DNA of 63,876 nucleotides, counting the filler, from Hyphochytrium catenoides (Eukaryota; Protista; Hyphochytriomycota), in assembly GCA_900088475.1 (NCBI GenBank). It is 13 parts of 13 records of this genome, joined end to end, with 100 filler letters (N's around TTAATTAATTAA, not from the genome) between each part and the next. Parts side by side here need not be neighbours in the genome. Positions count along the whole stretch, not along the records: positions 49,522 to 59,654 come from FLMG01000056.1; positions 59,755 to 61,949 come from FLMG01002610.1; positions 62,050 to 63,876 come from FLMG01002372.1; 10 more parts are not named here. One strand, written 5' to 3'. The first letter of the stretch is position 1. Every line of letters begins with the position of its first letter. Below, one piece after another: positions 54,707 to 63,876 of this stretch. The notes beneath the pieces were generated by a model. The model was not told the origin of the DNA, did no database searches, and was given only the letters and a program-made list of their open reading frames with translations. Made by a program: the position numbers and the translations under genes.

Positions 54707-56245
54707 ATGAGAATGATGACAACCAAGCAGGCGCTGTACAACGTAGCCTTTTTTGGGCTTCTTGGTGCTTGGCCAAGGGTGATGGCCTACGATTTCTGGA
54801 ACTGTCCAGGAGATCCCGTTTGCTTCTCTGGCGGAAGCGGATGTCTCAACAGCACATCCAAAATCCTATTGACCAACAGTCTCTGTCCTACAAATGAAAG
54901 TGGTGCCTGTCTGAAGAGGCTCATGATTGACGGGAAGTGCTGGGTTAGGCCATCAGACACCACTATATATCCAGAACCTGACGAAGTCAAAGTATATGAG
55001 TTGACAAGGCCCACGAATGTCAATATAACAGGAGGCTTTTTCATGAACACTACGCGCTCTATCACTTTTTCCGGCGGCGACATCTCCACCATCTCCTTGT
55101 TGGACCTCCCCGCCGGACTGCAGAACCTCGCCGTCTCCGCAAATCAGTTGGAGTTTGCTGACTTTAACTTACCGGACTCACTGCAACGGCTTGCTCTTAG
55201 CCGGAACAAGTTAGAAGCTGTGAGCTTTAAGCTACCCCCGTCACTCCGCTCCCTGTTTCTTGGCAGCAACCGCATAAAGGCTTTGGACTTCAACCTTCCC
55301 GATTCCTTGCAAACACTGGATGTTGGTTTTAATATGATTGAAGCCATCACCAAGCCGTTGCCTGAGAACCTCAGGTCATTGAATCTTGACGGGAATAAGA
55401 TCTCAAGCATCACCGTCCCACTTCCTCCAAGACTCTATGAGCTCAGGTTAACTTCCAGTGAGCTAAAGACCTTGCCATTTAAGGTGCTTCCTTCTACGTT
55501 GGAAAGACTATTCCTAACGCACAACCAGCTCCAGGTCTTTGACCTCGCTCTTCCTTCATCCAGCAAGCTAAGAACTCTAGTGCTTGACCAAAATGAGCTA
55601 GACTCCTTTGATCTGATTGTCCCTCCCAGCTTGACCGAGCTCGATCTGAGTCAGAACAAGTTCAAAACTATACCTGTGACCCTTGGCTGGTCACAGGTGG
55701 AGGACCTTAAGATGGGCCATAATCAACTCCAGAAGGCCGACGTACTCCTTCCCCCGCGTCTCAAGATCTTGGATCTCTCCTACAACCAGATCCCCAGCAT
55801 CGAGATCCCTCTCCCAGGGTCCCTTAGAGCAATTACCATCGTCCACAACTCGATGCAACTAGACATCAAGGTTCCCTTGCCGGCTAATCTGTCGGAACTC
55901 ACTTTGGATCACACGGAGCTCCACGCCTTCGACCATAAGCTTCCAAATAAGTTGTCCTGGTTGTCACTGCGGAATTGCTCGCTGGTTGAGTTTAGCTCAG
56001 AGCTCCCAGAGAGCCTTCGTAAACTAGATCTGGGCGATAACCCGCAGCTACAATGCCTATCGGTCTCTTCTCTACCAGCCTTGCTAACTCTTGTTCACTC
56101 AGGATCAGGACTACCTTGTACACCAGGGGTATCAGATTGCCCACCGAGTAAATGGCGATGTCCTCAGCTTATGCCGCCACGGGTTCCCACTTCATCAGTG
56201 ACCGGCGCACCGCCAACTCAGTCCAGCAGCAACGATGCCGTGTAG
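54707..56245 (+). CDS. Secreted leucine-rich repeat protein, intronless
   Basis: Signal-peptide-like start, Cys-rich N-cap, about 15 LRRs of ~21 aa (LPxSLxxLxLxxNxL), Cys-rich C-cap, Ser/Thr/Pro tail; no transmembrane segment or kinase. Confidence 0.9.
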   Translation: MRMMTTKQALYNVAFFGLLGAWPRVMAYDFWNCPGDPVCFSGGSGCLNSTSKILLTNSLCPTNESGACLKRLMIDGKCWVRPSDTTIYPEPDEVKVYELTRPTNVNITGGFFMNTTRSITFSGGDISTISLLDLPAGLQNLAVSANQLEFADFNLPDSLQRLALSRNKLEAVSFKLPPSLRSLFLGSNRIKALDFNLPDSLQTLDVGFNMIEAITKPLPENLRSLNLDGNKISSITVPLPPRLYELRLTSSELKTLPFKVLPSTLERLFLTHNQLQVFDLALPSSSKLRTLVLDQNELDSFDLIVPPSLTELDLSQNKFKTIPVTLGWSQVEDLKMGHNQLQKADVLLPPRLKILDLSYNQIPSIEIPLPGSLRAITIVHNSMQLDIKVPLPANLSELTLDHTELHAFDHKLPNKLSWLSLRNCSLVEFSSELPESLRKLDLGDNPQLQCLSVSSLPALLTLVHSGSGLPCTPGVSDCPPSKWRCPQLMPPRVPTSSVTGAPPTQSSSNDAV

Positions 56246-59200
56246 CTTTATAGCATATTAAGGTAGAAAAAGAGCTCCATTGTTTGGTAGTTACTCTTTA
56301 TAAAATTAAAGGAGCTCAAACGAACGAAGTTCCTGCCTGGGAGATGCTTTCCACAGCTCTTCCTGGGATCCGACATTGGTCAGATCCCAAAGCAGGGCTT
56401 CTTCTGATGGTGGATGATCAACAGGTACTACCGCCATGTAGTCCTTATTATCAATGAAGAAGAGTAAAGAAGTGACAGTGTAGGACGTGAGTTCGGCTGG
56501 ACCTGTGACACCGGAGCGCATAGTAGAGGCCAGGGCCGATGCCAAAGGCTAGTAATAGGCCTCCATGATAAGGCAACGAGATTGTCCACTTATCGTAGCT
56601 GTTGCTCATGGAGACCTGAGGTCGCAATCCTACTGTCAGATATCATAGAGGTGCCTAGCTCAATCCGTAGGGGTGACTTTCCTCTTCTCCTGGGCATGTG
56701 GAGCTCGCGAGTCTCTGAAGCTGAGCATAGGACTTCTCTAACTGCATTATCAGTAAACCAGCCCTGTACCATCACAAAGTGCCCTGGAGCTCAGCACCAA
56801 TTCTCTCTCCTATTCAGGGCCATCTTCCGTTACCAATGGCCCAACTAGTAGCAAGCGACGTGGTAGGTCCATAGTTGGGAAGAAGAGAGAGGCCCGCATA
56901 TTATCTCCAACAGAATCCGAGTAGTAATTCTCCAGCGGCCAGCTTCTGCGATTTAAAGCCTCCAGGAGCTCTCGGAGATCGATCATTTGGGCTACAACGC
57001 CGCTCAGCATCTCCGTGTAACGCAAGGAGACCAACGACAGGTCTTGAAGAAGGAGAGTGAGAAGGTGCTTTGTCTGTACATGGCTGGCCAGGCCTCCATT
57101 CGGACAAGCACCACGGAGAGGAAGACCTTCTTGCGAGAGCGCGCCAGCAATGTCACGCTTTCTACGAGGGAGCGAAGTTTATTGAAACAATTTAACAGCT
57201 AGGGAAAGAGTCCTCCTTGCGAGAGAGTCATCAGTCTATCTAGGACTGCAAAGATAAAAGTAGTAACATGTAAGAGAGATTAGATCAAGAGGCCATCCTA
57301 AGCACGTGCAAAGAGGAAGCAGAAAGGGAAAGAAAGAGGAGAGCATCCTTCATCATCAGAGCCATGCGTTGACGCTTCATCAGGACTACTCGTCCTGAGG
57401 GTACACTCAAAGAGGAGAGACTGCACCCCAAACACCGGCCGCATCCCCTACACCGGCCTCAGCAGCGCTCAACCAGCCATAGACCAACCAATCCTCATCC
57501 TGCAGGAGTGGCGGGAGGAAGTTTACATATGACACTCCTTCTCTTCAAGCTCATCAATCTTTTCCTTCTACGATATATTGTGCACACTGGCGGATGCTCG
57601 AGGCAGAAGAGCTTTGAAGGAAGGCCAAAATCGTTATATCATTGAAACAGCGCTACGATGACCGCATAAACAAACAGATGAACGAGGTGACTATCAGCTC
57701 GGCTTCTTTGAAAGTGCCGGGAATGCTATCCTCCATCATACTACCGAACAGCTATAGGATATGTACCATCCTGGACGACAAGCTTCAGGGTTTAAGGCTG
57801 TCCTGCTCTCTACGACCATCGCCAAGATTTCTTTTTAACTTCTGACACACGACTTGGCCTAAGTAATGCTCCCAAAGAAAGTCGTGGTTACGGGCGGCAG
57901 CAGCAGCAGTCGCTTTATCGCCCTCCAGTAAAGATACCGTGGCCGGGCTGGAAGTACACCGTCCAAGCAGTCCAAGAGTAAAGTATTATCTGGCGTTACG
58001 ACTTCGCTGCAAACATCCCCTAGGAACAAACCCATGTTCCCTTCTCGTGCAGCCTGGTCGCTTCAGTTGTAGAAGGACAAAGAATCATCGAAGAGAGAGA
58101 GAGCAGTGTCAGCACGGTTGCAATTAACATGCAAACTTGCTTGAAGCTCCATGAGCTCCCTTGATATGAGATAAGCAACAAGACCACTCCTTTTCCTTCC
58201 TTGCCCTTCAGATGGAAGATATAGCATACGGTAGTAGGGACTTTGAGAGCCCTGTGACGTCCGTCTTCATGAGGATAGGCTTTAGAGGAGGAGCTTGAGC
58301 TCTATACACTTTACAGCGAACAAAAGAAGCAAGGCTTACTCGCAGGGCCCGGCAGCCATAGAGACATACCAAGAGCGGCGGCGGGGAGACATGCAAAGGT
58401 CAACCAATATGATGAGCGCTAGAAAAGAGCAGCCAATGCTAACCGTCACGTCTTCATCTTTTTCTTTAACGTACATCATGGCGCTGTTTCAACGGACTTA
58501 ACTTGTAGTAAGCGGTAGAAGACGTGATGGACCCAGACCAGAAACATGGGCATTGTCGCAGAAGAACATCTCCACCATTCTATGGCGGGAACAGCTTGAC
58601 AGAGAAGGCAGAGATCATTACATAGTATGAATCTTGCCGATCATCAACTACCCTTACGTTACCGGCGTCCGACTAAGAAAAAGAGAGAAGAGGAGAAGGA
58701 GGTATAGGGGCCGACGTCAACCTCGCCATTTTCGCATAAACGAGCGATAGCATGAGAATCATCTGCCAGCCAGAAATTATTGGGGCGCCATCCTTCAATA
58801 GCAGGCTGTTTCCTTCCATCAGCTAACCCTCAGAAAGAAGGAAGGCCAGTGGACGATGAGATTTGGGAGGAGGTGCCGCTCGATGCTGTGACCATGATAT
58901 TAGATCTGGGAAGTAGGAAAGTATCATCAGCGTCTGACGTAAGGAGAAATAGCACCTTGTCCAACAGCAGCGTGGCACAGAATATGTAGGACTTGCACGG
59001 CGGAACAGAGAGACTTCCTATAACATAAAAGGCTCCAAACAACAGACGGACAACTTATTATCAGCAGAACACCTCTCCTTGTCCTAACGAGATGTCTGTC
59101 CGTCTGTTGGGAGCCCGCCATGGGATGACTCCTACCTACTGTCTGTCACGCTGTCTGCTGGGCATGATCATGGTGGCATTATCCCTCTTCAAACACTACT

Positions 59201-60509
59201 CAAATGATGCATTGCTTGATGATGACTTCCAACAAAGAAGAAGAAGGTCTAACGAGGGAGGTCCCAACGAATGAACGAACAAGAAAGAGTGGAAGAAGAA
59301 GGAGACAAAGAGCCCAGCGCACGTCACCTCATCAGGAAGAACGCTCTAGGTCCTGCTATAGCCGCGGCCGCAATACGGAGAGAGAGCGGAGAAGCGACCA
59401 AGCTGTACGGCCCCATAGACCATAGATATTATTACCTTCCGACCTCTCCTGCCTCTCCCACCCGTCCAAATTCCTTACCCTTCCCACCCACCTCAAAACA
59501 GTACTACAGTACTGTAATAAGCTAAAAGAATGTATGGGGTTCTGGCAGCAGACGTGGTGTGCACATAATGTATCGAGACAGGCGATATTTGCAATAAAAC
59601 GGTACAGGCCTTTAGCGTAGAAAGTGTCCTTTGGTTGTCAGCACTGTCTCAAGGNNNNNNNNNNNNNNNNNNNNNNNNNNNNNNNNNNNNNNNNNNNNTT
59701 AATTAATTAANNNNNNNNNNNNNNNNNNNNNNNNNNNNNNNNNNNNNNNNNNNNAGGAGAGAAAGAGCATCAGGATTGGCACAGAGAACGATGTTCGCAA
59801 GAATATCTAGAGTGAAGCAGACCGGCAAGTAGAGTGGAGACTAACTATCGGAGGAAAATTGACAACACGTAGTCCAGAGGCAAAAGGGTTCAATAACAGA
59901 GGGCGCAATTTTATAAGATAAGGAAAAATAGTGGGGGGAGTTGTTAGTAGGGTGAAAGAGAGACACAGCTGAAGAGCAAGGTGGAAAGAGGGGCAGGAGA
60001 AAGGGATTGTGCAGAGGACAGAGTTCGCTGAGAATAAGCAGAGCAAAACAGGAGGGGGGAAGTAGGAGTAGGGGACAGATTGGAGTGCGGTTGGTCAACG
60101 TATTAAAAGAGTAGCTGCTAACAAAGGGAGCATTTTCAAGTTATAAATTGATACTGAGGAGGGCAGTTGGTGCCAGGGAGAACGAGAGATGTATTCAAAG
60201 AGCAAGAGAGGGAAAGTGCACCACGAGCATTTGTCCGGAGGATTGAGTTCGCGAGAAGGGGTAGAGAACTGAAAAGGGTGAAATAAGGGTGTAGGGGTAG
60301 TGGTTAGGTAGGCATGAGGTAAATAGGGGTCTGACGCATTAGGGCATAAGCAAAATCAGGCGGGCCGCAATGTAATAGCCAGAATCAGGACTGGGCAGCT
60401 GGTAAGGCAGGTGGTTAGGGCTGAGGAGTTAGGTACAGGGCAGCTAGTTAGAAAACAGGCAGCGAGAAAGCGAAAGGGTATCGGGAAAGGGAAAAAGCAG
60501 TCTAAAAAA

Positions 60510-60693
60510 CAGCGCGATAGGGAGTTCGTTAGCGAGCAAGTTAGAGAGAGGGTAGTTAGCGGGTTGGAGCGCGTTTGGCGGTTTAATGAATGAGCAGTCG
60601 TAAGAAAAAGCAGCGCGATAGGGAGTTCGTTAGCGAGCAAGTTAGAGAGAGGGTAGTTAGCGTGTTGGAGCGCGTTTGGCGGGTTAATGAATG
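60510..60693 (+). repeat. 83-bp direct repeat pair
   Basis: CAGCGCGATAGGGAGTTCGTTAGCGAGCAAG...TTAATGAATG at 60510-60592 and 60611-60693 with two mismatches. Confidence 0.9.
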
Positions 60694-60749
60694 GGGGGGT
60701 TAGTGAGCAAAAAAAATGAGCAGGTGAGGAAATAGTAGAAAAGGGCGGG

Positions 60750-61949
60750 GGCTAGGAAAGGGGCAGCGGGTTAGAAAAAGGCGGATTAGGGTTAGTGATG
60801 GCGAGCAAAATAGGGAAGATAGAAAGGCAGCGGGTCGGGAATAAGCAGCAGATAAAAGGAAAGAGCAGCGGGTTAGCTAGCGGGTATAAAAGGTAGTGGA
60901 TTAGAGATAACGCAGTAGCTTACGGATGGGGTTAAGGTTAGAGTAAAATAGGGCGGGGTTAGGGATAGGCAATGGGATAGGTAGGATATGGTAGCGGCTT
61001 AAGGCAACAGGTTAGGGCAGCGGTTAGCTGCGGTTGGGGATAGGGCAGCGGGTTACTGTCAGGGCAGCGAGGCTAGGCAGCGGGTTAGGGTTAGGACAGC
61101 GGATCAGCGCAACGGTTAGGGCAGCGGGTAAGGCAGCGGGTAAAGGAGCGGGTAAGAAAGGGTAGCGGGTTAGGGATAAGGCAGCGGATTTGGGATGGGG
61201 CAGCGGGTTAGTATGAGATAGGGAGCGGGTTAGGGTAGGTAGGCAGCGGGTTAGGATAGGATAGGCAGCGGGCTAGGGTAGAATAGGCAGCAGGTTTGGG
61301 CTAGGGTAGAATAGGCAGCAGGTTTGGGCAGCGGGCTACGCAGCGGGTAAGAAACGATAGCGGGTTAGGGATAAGGCAGCGGGTTAGGGATTGGGCGGCG
61401 GGTTAGTATAGATGCGGGTAAGAAACGATAGCGGGTTAGGGATAAGGCAGCGGGTTAGGGATTGGGCAGCGGGTTAGTATAGATACGGAGCGCGTTAGGG
61501 ATAGGAAGCGGGTTAGGGTAGGATAGGCAGAAGGTTACGGCAGCGGGTAAGAAAGGATAGGGGGTTAGGGATGGGGCAGCGGGTTAGTATGAGATAGGGA
61601 GCGGGTTAGGGATAGGCAGCGGGTTACGATAGGATAGGCAGCGCGATAGGGTAGGATAGGCAGCAGGTAAGCGCAGCGGGGAGGCAGCGGGTAAAGAAGG
61701 GTAGCGGGTTAGGGATAAGGCAGCGGATTTGGGATGGGGCAGCGGGTTAGTATAAGATAGGGAGCGGTTATGCTAGGATAGGCAGCGGGTTAGGCAGCGG
61801 GTTTTGGTTAGGGAGTTAGGGAGCGGGTTAGGGAGTTAGGGAGCGGGTTAGGGAGCGGAGCAGGTTAGGGAGCGGGATAGGGAGGGTTATGGAGCGGGTT
61901 ATGGAGCGGGTTATGGAGCGGGTTATGGAGCGCGTTATGGAGCGGGTTA
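60750..61949 (+). repeat. G-rich telomere-like variant satellite (GCAGCGGGTTAGGG core; terminal 12-mers)
   Basis: Dozens of AGCGGGTTAG(GG) motifs, ~70-bp higher-order units (61343 and 61414; 61148 and 61688), ending in TTAGGGAGCGGG units and then (GGTTATGGAGCG)x5 at 61885-61944. Confidence 0.88.
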
Positions 61950-62049
61950 NNNNNNNNNNNNNNNNNNNNNNNNNNNNNNNNNNNNNNNNNNNNTTAATTA
62001 ATTAANNNNNNNNNNNNNNNNNNNNNNNNNNNNNNNNNNNNNNNNNNNN

Positions 62050-63876
62050 CGTTGGTGATCCTTCGAAAAGAAAGCTTTCCCTTGCCCCAGTCGTACTCTA
62101 TACCCACTCCGGCAACCTCGGGATGGCATTTGGGTGACATCATCAAGATGTGGCCTTCCTTGTGGACCAACTTCTGCAAAACACCCATTTCGCCAGCGAA
62201 GTCAGGGCAGGCGGAAAGCTTTGCTCTCATAACAGGGACTGTCATGCCGGGTTTATACAATCCGCGTTCATAGAGAATTTGCCGTAGACCCTTCGGCTTG
62301 CCGACATAGCCCTCGATCTTGTTCTCTACAAACCCTTCTTTTCCTGGCTGACCAGGTGGGGCCTCTTTCCTAGAGGCAGGTTCTTCGTGGTCTGGTACTG
62401 GAGTATGCCCCAACGTCGCTGAAGGAGCAGCAGAAGAAGCAGTGGGCACAGCGGCAAAGGCTTCAGCGAATCCCACCCTGGACTTTTTGGGCTTCGTCTT
62501 GCGCTTCTTTTTTGGAGGCCCTAGTTCAATGCGATCATGAGGTTGGGCTTCAAGGTCAAAATGAGGACGTTCATCTTCACGGAAAACTAGCGTCTGTATG
62601 TCACCAGGCTTCAATAAAGCTCCATCACCCAAGCACTCTGCAGTAACCACAGTGTCTCTTTGAGATGGTTGAGCACCACCCCAGCTAGCATTCATAGTCG
62701 TGGCCTTGAGCCCGTCCGCCTCCATTTTTGCGTGGCCGCTACTACTCCAGTCTACCTCGACGAGAAGCTGACGGTCAGGTTCAACAATCTCAAAGCACTG
62801 CATGAGCTCCTCCAGCTGCTTACACATTGTATCGCAATTCCAGAACCCCTCACGATTTGCTCCGTAGTTGAAAAAGATCAAACCGGGACTGCCGGTCGGG
62901 TAAGGATCGTCTGCCTCTCGCTCCATGAACTTCCTTTTCCCTGCTCGAGAGGGATGACAATTTATCTTTTCCCGTTCCGCTGTAGTCAAAGGAAAGCCAA
63001 AGCCCCGCTCCTCGTCTACAAAGGCAGACACCATGACACCTGAGCCGTCTCCCTTCTTGTGCTTCCTTGCCTCCCCATCCACAGTCCATTCCATTTTGGG
63101 ATAGGAAGAGCTCTTAAAAATAGACTCGTCCTGTCCAATATGATAGACTATACGGTCGCACTTGCACTTATCTGGAGGGTGTTGGAATTGACAATTAGCC
63201 TTTGCCACTTTCGCAGCATCTTCGAACTGCTTGCTTAGCTGCCCTCCTAATCGTCCACACTTGAACCTCACAGCGTCAAATGCATCATCCTTCAGTTCAT
63301 CCACATGTGCCTCGCGCTCTATTCCATCTTTATCTTTCACCGTGACGTAAAGGGGCTGGCGGAGAGTAATCTTATCTCTAAGATCAGAGTAAGTGTCTCG
63401 ATAGGCAACAACGTCGGCACGGTTGTGGTTGTCCGTGTAGTAAGTTTGCTTCGCTTCGGCAAATCGGCAACCAGCTTTACGCATCCAGACGTGCGCAGTC
63501 CACAGAGAGATCCCTTTGAGGATATCAATTTTCCGAGCTTTGAGCTTTGTAATGATATCATCTCTGCTCTCTGGCTCATCATCTAAAAAATCCTTTACTT
63601 TTAGGTTAATAAACCTTCGAGCAAGCTCGACAGTGATATCCCGGGTGTCCCTTACATAGGCCTTTATAGCCGTCTCCATACCTGGAAAGAGCGCCATCAG
63701 TGACTCTCTTGCCCAGCGACCCCGTCTATCCTCACGGAACCCTCCTTCCCTGATGTATCCTCGGTACCACCCAAGCAAGGTTCGAGGCTTGACATCCGCC
63801 CCATTCCTTTCAATAACGTCCGTCGCTAAATCAAGGATGAGCTCATCTTCCACGGGATGCTTGGGCTTCTCCTCCT
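62050..63876 (-). CDS. IS630/Tc1-mariner-related DDE transposase with a large insertion; partial at both ends
   Basis: Uninterrupted frame of over 600 aa: YYTDNHNRADVVAYR, HIGQDESIF (D1), GVMVSAFV, NREGFW, VEVDWSSSGH (D2), KPKGLRQILYERGL, SPKCHPEVAGVGIEYDWGKGK (E; resembles the P..P.LNPIE..W..K motif). Confidence 0.8.

Noticed and set aside
58500-59050. Possible PIF/Harbinger transposase relic on the minus strand (FWLADDSHA, RMVEMFF)
   Set aside because: Two weak motifs in stop-riddled frames; not supportable.

Overview
Eukaryotic genomic DNA (GT-AG introns; probably an oomycete or related stramenopile, by inference) made of 13 contigs joined by 12 artificial N-TTAATTAATTAA-N linkers, so adjacency across linkers is not biological evidence. 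Contents: a Mutator-like (MULE/SWIM) transposon whose multi-exon gene continues into a Ulp1/SENP-like (C48) protease; host genes with (CT)n/(GA)n-filled introns (MYST acetyltransferase, PEX11, an alpha/beta hydrolase, PWP2, an ARM-like unknown); a degenerate macrodomain gene; a secreted Pro/Thr mucin-like protein; a spliced YeiH/UPF0324 transporter with a mitochondrial-type presequence; a secreted LRR protein; an intronless orphan ORF; a telomere-like variant satellite; and an IS630/Tc1-like transposase with a very long D..E spacer. The most intriguing signals are introns with a GA-rich 5' part and a complementary CT-rich 3' part, the TTAGGG-AGCGGG compound satellite, the MULE-protease fusion and the DD~217E transposase. 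All exon structures were read by eye and are approximate; no database searches were run.
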